A stretch of DNA of 64,000 bases from positions 186,001 through 250,000 of the forward strand of contig JAVKOQ020000044.1 of NCBI GenBank assembly GCA_031835245.2, given 5' to 3'. Position numbers and translations under genes: made by a program. Origin of the DNA: Balamuthia mandrillaris. Taxonomy: Eukaryota. Below are positions 52,024 through 64,000 of this stretch, piece by piece (the stretch's first letter is position 1; every line of letters begins with the position of its first letter). The notes under the pieces were generated by a model, which saw nothing but the letters and a program-made list of their open reading frames with translations, did no database searches and had not been told where the DNA came from.

Positions 52024-53038
52024 TCAACTGAGGTGGTGCTCCCTCTTAGGTTGGTCGTGATGGCCCATACCTCCATGATGCTGGCCCAGCGACATGGGAG
52101 GGAGGGAGGTGGCTTGGCCAGAGAGGTACATGTCATGCGGGTAGCCGCCTCCCATATGAGGAGGGCCGCCGTGAGGACCGCCTGGATGGCCTCCATAGGG
52201 CGATTGGTGGCTGGGCACGCCATGTGGAGGAGGAGACATACCGCCGCCGTACATGTTGAGCATGTTGTCGTGGTGAGGATTGTGTGACATCTGAGCGCCG
52301 CCATGAGGGGAGTGCTGTTGGGGTTGTGACTGGGGTTGCTGTTGTTTGTGCTGTTGTTGCGGCTGCTGTTGCGGCTGCTGTTGTTGGTTGTGTGAGTTGG
52401 AAGAGTTGGCGATAAAGTCAGAGGGAGCATAGTTGTTGTCGGGGGCGTTGAGGCAGGACTGGATGAGCTCTTTGCCTTCCCGCAGGGTCACCACAGGTTG
52501 CAGCTTCGGTGTGGCAAACGTGTAGACATGGCCTGTTTCAGAGGCAATCAACACAAGAGCCTGAGTTCCAGTCAACGTTGTGAGTTCGTATGCCTGAAAA
52601 GAAAGAGAGAAGGAGAGGGATGTTAGCATTTAAAAAGGCTAAGTCACGTATGCTCGCGAAAGGTGAAAGAAATGGACGGAGGACACTTACCTTCTTCATA
52701 AGTCCTCTCTTTCGTCGGCTGAAAGTCACTTGCCTTCTGCTCTTGTTGTCTATGAACTTTATCTCGATCCTTCGTCGGCCAGAACCTCCAGGTTTCTTCT
52801 TGATGCCTCCCTTGGGTTTGTCCGCTTTGCCCTTCCTGTCAATCTCCTCGTCTTCCTCATCACTGTCCTCCTGTCCAGTCATCATGTGGATGCTGGGCGC
52901 GCCGAGCACGTGGGGAGGGTGATGACCCTCAGGGCTGGAGGGTTTGCTGTTCCCATCGAGGCCCTGCTCCTCTTCCGAGTCCTCGCGCTCATAGTCGTGC
53001 TCAGTCTTAGCTTTGTTTACCAGCGCATCTGCCATCAT
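52024..53038 (-). CDS. SRF/Mcm1-type MADS-box transcription factor
   Basis: GRRRIEIKFIDNKSRRQVTFSRRKRGLMKK|AYELTTLTGTQALVLIASETGHVYTFATPKLQP..GK.LIQSCLN. Confidence 0.96.
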
Positions 53039-54195
53039 TTACGATTGCTGCTGGATCGAATCAAAAAGAAGAGATGAGTATCATCCATGGCGGTGGAGGA
53101 GTGATGGTGATGATGAGAGTGAGAGGGGAACAATTTAAAAAGACAGTAGTGAACGAATGGATTGAATCAAAAGAAGAAATCCCCCAAAACAACAAACCAA
53201 GGAAAGGAAAAAAAAAAAGACAAAAAGGACAAAGAGAAGAGAGAGAGAGCAAGAGAGAGAAGAAGAAGGGAACAAAGGACAAAGGGGTAAAAGGGAAACA
53301 AACCTTTTTTATCAACAACAACCTTCCCAAAGGGTGTTTTTTGGATTTTCTCTCTTTTTGGGGTAGTTCGCGGCCTTTCTTTAGCAGTCAAGTCCAAGTA
53401 AGGGAACGACTGCTGGTCTACTTTTTCTTTTTTGTGGCTCTCCAGGGGACAATGCAATAAAAAATGGGGGGGATACCCAACGTGTTGCGCTTTTTTATGT
53501 CACTGAGACAAAAAAACGGCTAACGAGTGAGAAAAAGGTAAGAGAAAACCCCGTAATCGACGTGGATTGGTTCGGTGTTCCAAACTCCGAAGGGCGTCGA
53601 CAAACCTGAGGGGTTGTGGTTTCGACTTGGCAAAATGGCAAGTTTTGTTTTTTTGGTTTTCTTTTTTTTGTTTTTTTCAAGAATTTTTTTTGTGTACGTT
53701 ATGTCCGCGCCAAAAAAATCCCGCGCAACCCACGCCTACTTTTTTGGGCGGTTTGCTGCGCTGCCACTGGCTGGCGGGTCTCCTTGACACCGAGCTATCC
53801 TCCTATGAAAAATAACTTAGGCGGGAAAAAAATAGCTGATAACCCCCCAGTGGTTAGCGGGTTCCCCCCACTCGCTCCCCTTTTTGTTCCCCCCTTATTT
53901 TTTTTTCTTCTCTCTTTCTCTGCGCCAAAGCACACACACACAAAAAAAACAAACTTTTGCCCCCACCACTACTCTTTTCTTGGATTAAAAATCTTGATTG
54001 AGGTTAGGCCATCACTCTCTTTTTCCCCTTCTCTCCCCTGGGGAACCTATCTTAATTTTTTATATTATTTTGATTGGGGATTTTCGCTTTTTCGGTTTTA
54101 ACGATTTCTTTATTTTTTCTCTTTTTTGTTCAACTGCTCTCTCCTCCTTTTTGTCTTGTGCAAGCAGTGGCCCCATCAAAAGAAAGAAATATACG

Positions 54196-54969
54196 ATGCC
54201 CCGCAGAAAGAGGAACGAACAGAAGCCCAAACGAGCCTTGACGGCCTACTTGCTTTTCTCCCAGGAGAAACGAGACAGCATCAAGGTCGCCAATCCCAGT
54301 GCCCCTTTTGGCGAGATTGGAAAGCTCCTCGGACAAGCATGGAAGGATCTTCCTGATAGTGAAAAGCAGGTTCGTTTTTTTGTTTCGAGAATGTTTTCAA
54401 CGAGACGCTGACCAACACGCCACTGCTTTGTTCAGAAATACAACGAGAAAGCCGCCCAAGGCAAGATCAAATACCAGAAAGACATGGCCAAATACAAGGA
54501 AGAACACCCAGAGAGCAGCGACGAAGACAGACGTCCTCGCAAGAAGCAGAAGAAAAAGAAGAAGAAGAAGGATCCCAATGCCCCCAAGAAACCCCTCTCG
54601 GCCTTCTTCCTCTTCAGCAAGGCCGTCAGACCTACCATCAAAACCAACAACCCGGAAGCCTCGTTTGGCCAGATTGGCAAGCTGATCGGTGAGGAGTGGG
54701 CCAAAAAGACCCCAGAAGAGAAGAAGGTTTGTTATCGACTCGACAAATCCGTTATGCAGCCAATTAGTGTCATCTAATCCAACACTCTTTCTCACCTAAA
54801 GAAATACGAAGACATGGCTGCCGAGGAGAAGAAACGGTATGAGCGTGAGTCACAAGCCTACGAAGCCAAGAAGAAGAAGGCCTCCAGCTCCGAATCCGAC
54901 TCTGAGTCTGAGGAATCCGAGTCCGAGTCCGAATCTTCCGACTCTGAGTCCGAGTCCGAGTCAGACTAA
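54196..54969 (+). CDS. HMGB-like protein with two HMG boxes and an acidic S/E tail
   Basis: PKRALTAYLLFSQE..FGEIGKLLGQAWK; KDPNAPKKPLSAFFLFS..FGQIGKLIGEEW. Confidence 0.93.
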
Positions 54970-55340
54970 ACGCGCCACTACCCTTCTGTTCTTTTATCTC
55001 CCCCTTCCACCATCTTTGTTAGTTACAACGGATCATCCTCACCCCCCACCCTATGCCTTTCTCTCCATCATTTTTTGTTATTCATAGAAAAAAAAAAAAC
55101 AAAACATAAACTGCATCCAAATCAATCTTGTTGCTTCTCGGTTAAGAAATAACGGCTCCTTTCTTCTTCGTCCTCTTCTTCCCTTCTCTCTTCCCTGCCT
55201 TCTCGCCATTCTCTCTTCACTCCCGCTTCTTTGCTCACCGTGCCCTTATCCGGGGAGGCTTGGGTTTTTCCCTCCATTTTTAACGGCTTTCTTTTCAGTG
55301 CCAAAGAAGCAAAGGGAAGCAAAGGGAAGGAAAGGAAGGA

Positions 55341-55489
55341 ATGGAGGAGGAGGTCTATTATTGTATGGGCATTGATGAGGCTGGCAGAGGGCCGGTCCTT
55401 GGGCCGATGGTTTATGGTTGTGCCTACTGTCCACTTGCCATCAAGAACCAAATCAAAGAAAGAGGATATGATGGTTTGTTTGAGCTCAC

Positions 55490-55545
<56 letters not shown>

Positions 55546-56224
55546 TAGGTCATTCGTTTTGCCTGTGATATGCAGATTCGAAGGTGTTGACGGAGATGCA
55601 AAGAGAAAGTCTCTTTGCCAGCATCCACAACTCGGCGGACGTTGGCTGGTCCGTCATCGTTCTCTCCCCCGAGGAGCTCTCCCAAAAGATGCAACGCCGC
55701 TCCAAGTATAACTTGAACGAGATCTCTCACGACACTGCCGCCGACCTCATTCGTGCTACCCTCAACAAAGGCATCAAGTTGAAAGAGGTTCGTCATCCCA
55801 AAGAGTTTTCCTGCATCATATCCTCACACAGCACTGAACTACGAAACCACCACAAAGATTTATGTGGATACGGTGGGAACGCCGCAAAAGTATCAGTGGA
55901 AGCTTAGCGCTCAGTTCCCAGGCATTGACATAACGGTATCGAAGAAAGCGGACAGTCTCTTTCCCATTGTAAGCGCTGCCAGCATTTGTGCAAAGGTTAG
56001 GATGGCATGCATGGTTCTCGCTTTCTTCCAACCTCGGACCTAGAGTGCTCATGCTCTCTCTCTCGCAATAGGTGATTCGGGACAAGTATTTGGAAGCATG
56101 GAAGTTTAAAGAAACGGGAGTTGCATTCTCACGCAACTTTGGCTCTGGTTATCCTGCAGGTCTACTTTCATCCCTCTGCTCTTCTCTGTCGTAGTTTTCT
56201 CTCCTCATTCTTTAGTTCTCTTTC

Positions 56225-56264
<40 letters not shown>

Positions 56265-56680
56265 GCCTTTCTCTTTGTGAATGGACGTTCACTTGGCTCA
56301 CTGTTGGAGTTGAATGCAGACCCATTCACAGTGAAGTGGTTGGATAACCACCTGGAACCAGTCTTTGGCTATCCCTCTCTCATACGCTTCAGTTGGCGGA
56401 CGTGCTCAAAGCTGTTAGAGGACAGAGCCATCAAAGTCACTTGGTTTGTTTCTTTAAAGCCATTTCGTTTGTTGGTTTTTCTATATCGTCGGCTCTTAAC
56501 ATTGCTTCCTCCCTCTCTTCTCTCATTAAAAGGGAAGGAGATGAGGAAGAAGAGGAAAACTCAGAGCAGGCTGACCCAACACAAACGAAGCTTGTGGCGC
56601 GAACAAAGAGCATGCCACGGCCTCGTTTTCGTTATTTCACAGAGCGGAACATGAGCCTCGTGGATGCAACCGATTTTTGA
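55341..56680 (+). CDS. RNASEH2A: Ribonuclease H2 catalytic subunit A
   Basis: [62 protein letters not shown]. Confidence 0.96.
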
Positions 56681-56866
56681 AGAAAGACACTATTTTCTTT
56701 TAAAAAAATAATAAATATGTATTCACACCCTTTCTCTTTGTTGTTCATCTTTCTTCTTACGTCCTTATCCAGATGGAGTATCTGATTTGTACAAATAAAT
56801 AGTTTTTTAAATCATCTTTCAGGAAAGAAAGCGGGAAGAGCTCCACTTCGCACTTGGTTTCTTGTT

Positions 56867-57127
56867 TCAGCACACAACAACGGTCTGTCCGCCGCTGACT
56901 TCCACTCCGTCCTTGCCGTCCTCCTCATCGGACTCCTCCACCGAGTAGATGACCCGAATGATGAGCGTGCAGCTGGGGCATCGCGCAATCTCCTCCCCGT
57001 TCAGCAGATCCTCCTCCGAGATTTGAAACTTGTCCCCACAAGGACAAGGGTAGGTGTAGATGCCAGTCTCTTCGTTAAAGTCCATGTCCTCGATCTCGAT
57101 CTCGTCATAAACCGCAGTGTCCGTCAT
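56867..57127 (-). CDS. DPH3: Diphthamide biosynthesis protein 3 (Kti11, CSL zinc finger)
   Basis: [41 protein letters not shown]. Confidence 0.95.
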   Translation of the reverse strand: MTDTAVYDEIEIEDMDFNEETGIYTYPCPCGDKFQISEEDLLNGEEIARCPSCTLIIRVIYSVEESDEEDGKDGVEVSGGQTVVVC

Positions 57128-57314
57128 GTTTGGGTTGGACTTTCGTCTTTGCACAGACAGAATCTTGTCTTGGTGAGAGGGAGCGGGTGGGTTGAGTGGA
57201 TGATGAGATTCTCTCTTTAACTTCTTTGCGTTGTTCTCTTTGTTTGTCTCTTCAACGAAAGACAAAAAAAGTCAGGAATTTGTCAGGAATGCGATTCAAC
57301 CTACATTTTCCTTT

Positions 57315-57525
57315 TTCCAATGGTTATGACGTCAACTCTTGATCTCGACATTCGACCCAACAACGACCAATAACGTACTGTACGTAATTTGCAAACAACC
57401 GGGTTCGATCCCGTGAATTGCAACAATCCAACAACGACCAATAAACAGCTGCCAGCGGTGTTACCCAGGATTTTCTGCGCTCTTCCAGATTGGCTGATTT
57501 TTGGCCAATAGAAAAAATTGGCTCC
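57315..57525. promoter_or_regulatory. Divergent DPH3/H4 promoter with several CCAAT boxes, a TGACGTCA site and a 17-bp direct repeat
   Basis: CCAACAACGACCAATAA at 57357-57373 and 57428-57444; TGACGTCA at 57327-57334; further CCAAT/ATTGG at about 57317, 57489, 57504 and 57518. Confidence 0.6.
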
Positions 57526-57552
57526 AACGGTCGGTTTTCCTTCCAAAAATAA

Positions 57553-57969
<417 letters not shown>

Positions 57970-58186
57970 CAAATCCTTGCCTTATTTTTTTCCCCTCTAC
58001 TATTTAATCACTCGGAACTGCCACATCTGCCTACCTACACTTGCTTGCTTTCTATGAACACGCGAGCATATGCTTGTTGTATAGTGTAATCCCTTCACTG
58101 CTTTATAAAACTTAAATAAAAATACAAATAACTCTATTGCTCTCTCTGCTCTCTGCTCTCTCTCGTTTCTTTGCTGATCTTTTTTT

Positions 58187-58730
58187 TCAAGAAGAAATCA
58201 TTTTTTGCAGCACCAAGCGATGGTCGGAGACAGAAGGGTGCTTCTCGATGTCGATAAAGTCCCAGCCTTTCTTAACGAGGAAGCCCAGCATTTCTCTGCG
58301 GTTGTTTCGGGTCTTGATGCGCAGCGCCTTGTAGCCTTTTGCTTTGGCCCACTCCTCCAGCTTGGACATGAGCAACGTCAACACGCCGTGCCGCCGGTAC
58401 CCGTTTGCAACCCCAGCCATCCAACAATAATACGAACCATCCTGAGAAGAGCGAGAAAGAGAGAAGATAAGAAGAACCAAGCAAGACAAGGAGGAAAGAA
58501 AGAAAGACAAATAGGAGGACCTTGTATCTATCATAGCCAACCGTGTAGCCAACGTCTTGCGGTCCCTCTTCGGCGCAGTTTTGTGTGGTGGAGGCGATGA
58601 GGACCACAGGAGCGGCGGTGGGCGAGGACAATCGTTCTTCAAAGTTCTGCTCTGTCCACTTGTCAAACTCTTCCACCAGGTTATGCACCAGCAGCGCTCT
58701 TTCAACAGACCCTTCCGAAGCCGCGAACAT
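58187..58730 (-). CDS. GNAT-family N-acetyltransferase (one intron)
   Basis: VGYTVGYDRYK|DGSYYCWMAGVANGYRRHGV..L..WAKAKGYKALRIKTRN..ML.FL.K.GW. Confidence 0.85.
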
Positions 58731-58835
58731 CTTTCTTGTTTTCTTTTTTCTTCGTACAAAAATAAAAAATAATATTTTTTCCAAGAAAAATTTCAACCTG
58801 CGTCGACAAATATTTTTGTCGGCAAGAAATACAAG

Positions 58836-58944
58836 GGTGACGCCACTGTGGACCAAGACCTCACGGTGGTGAGGGGACGCCTCCATCGAGGGAGATGCCA
58901 CCATCGACCAGGACCTCACCGTGGGAGGAGATGCTGCCATTAAG
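58836..58944 (+). pseudogene. Frameshifted fragment of a GDAT[VI]DQDLTVGGDA repeat-protein gene
   Basis: Two 54-nt units differing mostly at synonymous positions; a 1-nt insertion near 58870; no start codon or flanking coding sequence. Confidence 0.6.
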
Positions 58945-59058
58945 AATCCCTGTAAGATCCAACAAGTGAGGAGCGTTGTGAAAAGTGGGAGGATAGTGCT
59001 CTCGAAAAAAAATAACATGGGAAAGCATTGTTTTTTCCAACGAAGAAAAAAAAATGGA

Positions 59059-62000
59059 TTAGTCTGCTGCTTTCGCTTCGATGTACTGAAGAGCCAACTG
59101 GCGAACGTGTGCAACGGTCTCCTTGGTGCCATGCGCCTTCTCAAAGTTGAGGTACCGCTTGAAGAAGAACTTCATCTTCTTGGAGGAGAGACTGAGACTG
59201 ACCGTCCTCTCGAAGAGGTTGCGCAGCTTCTCGTAGTTGCCGCCCTCTTCATTCGCCGCTTTGGTCTCCATGTCAAGATAGACCGACCACAAGTCCACTC
59301 GCTTTGGGTAGTTGCTCAGAAGGCTCTCAAAGATGGTGCGGCCGCGCTCAGGGGAGCCATGCTTGAACTCCAGTTGAGCCAACTTAGAAATGATCATTAT
59401 ATCTGTATTTTTTTTTGGACAAATAAAAAGTTAGAACGAAGAACAAAAGCAAAAAAGAAAAAAAAAAACATACGTTTACGCTTTGGGAGAACCTGAAGCG
59501 CTTTCTGCAGAACTTTACGCGCCTCTCCAATGTCCTGCCTTTCCTCATTATTAATGTAGAAATAGGCAAACTTGAGCCATATCTTGCTGCTGTGCTTGAA
59601 CTTCCTGACCATGGTCTTGTAGACCTCCTCCGCCATGGCGCGATTACCCTCCCTCTCATAGATGCCGACCAACTGCAGATGGACCTTCTTGTGGTCGTTC
59701 CTCTCGAGAGCGCGTTGGAATACCTGCATGAGGGAGTCGTGAGTGCCAAACTTGTTCTCCAGGTTCATCAGTGCCACCCAGACGTTCATTCGTTCGGCCT
59801 CCTCGCGGTAGTGGATGCGCTGAAGGGCGCGCTCAGCGATGGCTCGAGCCTTGTCAGTCTCCGAGAGGGAGAGCTGGAAGGCCATGTAACGGATCCAGAG
59901 GTAAGAGCTGTTGGGGGAGGCAAGGAGGAGCTTCTCAAAGTCGTCGGTGCTTTGAGGTGGGTTCTCCTCCATGTCCATGCTCTCCTCCATACGGCGGACC
60001 TGCTCTTCTTCTCGCAGGCGTTTGGCCTTCTTGGCGCGGGACTTGTTCTTCTTGGAGTTGGGGTCCAGGTCTTCTTCGTCCATTTTGGCTTTGTCGTCGT
60101 CATCTGCATTGCCTTCTTTTGACTCTGCGTCCAATTTGAAGTCCTTCCACTCAAATACCAAACCTTCTGAGCCCAAGTCAAGTCGTTCTTCGTCATCATC
60201 ATCTTCGTCCTCGTCCTCTTCCTCTTCCTCTTGTTTCTTCTTTTTCTCTTTCTTCTTTTTCTCCAGCTTTTGTTCGTCTTCCTCCTGTTTGCTATCGTTG
60301 AGCATTATTTCTAAAGACTCTTCATCGCTGGAAGATTCTTCAAATTGCATCATTTCTTCTCCCTTCTCTTCATCGCTATTCTCGTCTTTCTCCTCCTCTT
60401 CTTCTTCTTCCTCTTCCTCTTCCTCTTCTTTTTTGCCCTTCTTCTCCGCTGACTGCTTTTTCTTCTTTTTGCGTTGTTGAACCTCAACAAAGTCTTCAGG
60501 TCCGCTGCTATCCTCTGACTCTTCATCATCAGCAAAGTGGGACGGCTTTAAGCTCAGAGAAATCTGCTGCTTTTGCGGATTGAGCTTCAGTATGTAGGCC
60601 TTGACGTAGTCACCTTCCTTATAGATTCCCGCCAAGTCTTTTATGTAATCATCAGATACTTCTGACTTGTGACACAATCCAGCTTTGGTTTTTTGTCATT
60701 TAGGGTAAATAAAAAAAATTAGTCGAAAATTGAATACTAAGGGAGAGAGGAGATAGAGGGATAGAGCGATAAGCAGAGAAGCAGAAGAAAGAGAAGAGAG
60801 AGAATGATTACCAAGCTTGCTGTGCTTGATGCGAACAAAAATGCCGTACGATTGCACACGTTTGACAAATCCTTTCACTTTCATGCCTTGCTTGAGATCG
60901 GAGAAATAAACATTCTTTTTGAGGATGGATGTGCGAAGGGACATCTCCACCTTCTTTGAATTGCGATCAATGTAGATGATGCGACCAGTGACGAGCTTGC
61001 CGAGAGGAAAGGCTTTGGTTGGCTCTTCCACGTACTCATCCGAAAGCTTGGAAAGTTGAATGCGAGCAGTCACTTTGCGATTAAGAGCAACGAAGCAGCC
61101 ATTGGTAGCGGTATTGACTACGTAGCCTTTCATCATTTTGCCGACTTCTATTTGCTTGAAGGACTTCACTTCGGGATAATCGAGCAACTTTGTTTTGTTT
61201 GTTATGTGAGATACAAAGAAAAAAAAAAGGAATGAGTGAGATAAATACCTCAGGAGGAAGGGCAAAGTCCCGTTCCACACGAGAAGGACGCAGCGAGAGA
61301 TCGATTTTGTCTTCACCATGCTTCGCGGAGAGAACATAGCAAGTGACGATGTCGCCAACGCTGAAGCCCTCCAATGGATTTTCGGGGTAATCATCGTGCA
61401 AATCGGTGATGAAAGCTCTTCCGAATTCATGTGCAGAGATCTGAATATTAAGACCTTTGCCGGGTTTGACAGCAGCTACACGGCCTGGCCTTATTGTTCC
61501 TTTCTCGATGTTATCCGACTTTTGTTTTGCGTAAAAAATAAATTAAAAAATGGATTTGTTAATGAAACGATTTAGCTTTAAATAACAAGAAGAGGAGAAC
61601 AAACCTTTCCAACAAGATCGGACATGCTTAGATCTACGCGTTGCTTCTCAACATCGACCAACTTGACACGACACTGGACGCCCATGCCTGGCCGGTATTT
61701 TTCTACAAGAGCAGAATAACAAGAAAAAGGTTCAGCAAACAAAGGTTATAAGCTATGCCAGGAAGTGGAGAGTAACCTTTGAAAGAGGAAATCTCGGCAG
61801 CATCATTGGAGATGTCCAACAAGAAAACACGACCTCGCACGGTAGTGCTGAGATGTACCCACAACCCGTCCGCAGTTACTTTGTGCACAAATCCGTTGAT
61901 TACTTGTCCCTTTATATGTACAAAACAAGATTAGAACAAGTAACTTCGTTGTAAAAACAACAAAGAAGCAAAAGGGAAAGAAGAAAACAAACCTTAGCAA

Positions 62001-64000
62001 GACTTTGAAGGGTAGGACGAGAAGGACCCAGTTGTGGTGGTGGCAGGGCCAGTTCGGAGGGACGGATGGTGAGGTCCACGCTGCGAGAGCTGACAGGGTT
62101 CTTGTGGGAGATGGGAAGGAAGCGATGACGAGCTTTCTCGACGACGGTCAACACCTTGGCGTCAATCACATCTCCTATCTTGTACTTTTCGAATGGATGC
62201 GTTGCTCCATCCACGTTATCAACTACCTCCGTAACGTGAATGCGACCTTTTGTGTAAAAAAAATAGATAGTGTGAGAAGCAGAACAAGAGCAAAAAGCAA
62301 GGAAGGAAAAGGAGAAAAAAAGAAAAACCTCGGATGTGAAGACCAAGGGACACATTCATCTGAGATTCAAGAATGTCGACAATCTTGCATTTGACTCCCA
62401 TGCCAGGCTTCAACTCGGAAATAGAGGTTATATCGGCGTTGGCATTGTAAAGATCCGCTGTCTTCTTTTCCTTTTTCTACAGTTTGACGGATTTAAATAT
62501 GGAACAATAAGAATTGGTATAACAGCTTCAGTACCTCTTGTTCCAAAAGCAAAAGCAAGCGTTGATCTTTCTCAGCGCTCGGGAGATGTTGTATGGTAGC
62601 TTTGCATCGCTGACCAATGCGGTAGGTGTTGAATGGATCCAAATGTTGGCTGTTAAGATCTTTTGTAGGAGCAAATCCCAACACACGAGTTTGTCTACTG
62701 GTGGCTGTAGCTTTGGTTGCTTCAGCGTCATCATCTTCTTTCTGGCTCTTCTTTTGGTTTCCTTGTTCAGGATTGAAGGAAAGCACCAAGTAGTTGCCTT
62801 TGACAAGCTCCACTTGACAATCCACAAGTTGTCCTTCACGAAGGCCATCATAAGGGTTCTTCGGTTGCTGTTGGGCATCCGTCTGCTTCTTATTCTTTTT
62901 CTGCTTCTTCTTGGATTTCTTACCGCCATTTTCTTGCTGGCAGGATGGCTGTTGCTGTTCCGGTTGCATGACAAACTCTGGGCGAAGGGACAAATCCACA
63001 ATACGTCCATTCTTGTCCACGTCCAACACGCGCCCTTTGATCACATGCCCTTCTTTAGGCTCTGCTCCCTGTTTATTTATTGTTAGTTATTTTTAGAATA
63101 GAGAGATAAAAGAAAGCGAGGAAGAGCCAAACCTTAGTTTGGTCCAAGACAGCGAATCCAGTGACAGATCCTCCTTCCAAGGAGAGAACAGCGCCATAAT
63201 CTTTCACGATTTTAACCTCAGCATCGAGGCAGGAGCCGATGGTGTGACGTGCCCATATCTGTTCGTCCTCGTCTTTGCTCTGAGAAGAGGTGGCAAGTTG
63301 AGTGCTGCGAGTATGCTGATACAATCTCTCCTGCTCCTCAAAGTAAGATTGAAGGAAGGAAGTGTCCTGAGAGGCACACAGAGATTGCTTTAAGCTGAGA
63401 GTGAACTTGTCGCTCTCCACTTCCAAGACGTAAGCCTGCACGGATTGACCCACCACAAACTTCTCGCTTGGATTGTCCACAAAGCTATCCATCAGATTCT
63501 AAATATCAAAAGAGCAAACAGTTCAAAAATAATGAGGCTCCAAGAACAAAGGATTATACAAAAAAGAAACAGTACCGTCACAAAGGCTAAGCCAGTAAGA
63601 CCGTTAAGAAAACCAACAAAGCAGCCAAAGTGAGCCACGTTTCGTACGACACCCTTGCAACAACGGTCAGTATGGTCGTTGAAATAAATATTTGAAATAA
63701 AACGTACCGAAATCACCATTCCAGGTTTCAATTCAGACAGGGTAGATGGCAGCTTCTTGGCCTCCATCGCTCGAATGAGAGAAGGCTTCATGGTAAGAAC
63801 CTAAAAAACAGGAGTCATCAGTCACTTCTCAATTGTAAGTAGCAAATATTATGCGTACCAAGCGTCGCTGAAAAGCAATTTTTTCAAGGATCAAAAGATT
63901 GTCCACTTTTTGACCAACGTGGAAAGTGGCACGAAGAGTCTCCCAATGAGCCCTGTGATCAGAGAGATGATAGTTGAAGAGCAGGCCGTCCAGTCCGCCT
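59059..64000 (-). CDS. RRP5: rRNA biogenesis protein Rrp5 (S1 repeats plus HAT repeats), 5' part outside the window
   Basis: Multiple S1 domains (GMKVKGFVKRVQSYGIFV, LCHKSEVSD); DFEKLLLASPNSSYLWIRYMAF, ERGRTIFE, PKRVDLWSVYLDME. Confidence 0.96.

Noticed and set aside
57395..57420. tRNA-like GGGTTCGATCCCG
   Set aside because: No D-arm, anticodon arm or acceptor stem; kept only as a possible B-box.

Overview
Gene-dense, intron-rich eukaryotic DNA with about 30 protein-coding genes, short GT-AG introns and many (CT)n or other microsatellites inside introns. An SH2-containing TKL (SHK-type) kinase and the gene architecture point to an amoebozoan; a Balamuthia-like genome is a guess only. Housekeeping and cell-cycle genes include a GATA factor, RPA1, LSM12, PIG-Z, an SHK kinase, POLA2, SEC16, ABCG, CDC16, RBM25, a VASP-like protein, VPS28, TRM112, a myosin light chain, TXNDC12, a LIM protein, APC5, SRF, an HMG-box protein, RNase H2A, DPH3, histone H4, a GNAT and a partial RRP5. 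The most notable observations are: (1) a clear U12-type AT-AC intron in SEC16; (2) two tandem F-box plus cytochrome-b5 fusion genes, candidate heme/redox-sensing SCF adaptors; (3) a stand-alone VASP-tetramerisation microprotein 14 kb from a VASP-like gene; (4) a pseudoRas-Ras-PH protein; (5) a frameshifted fossil of a beta-helix-type repeat gene; (6) E2F-like sites upstream of RPA1, POLA2 and CDC16. Gene models were spliced by eye, so some start codons are approximate. No tRNA, rRNA, CRISPR array or intact transposon was recognised.
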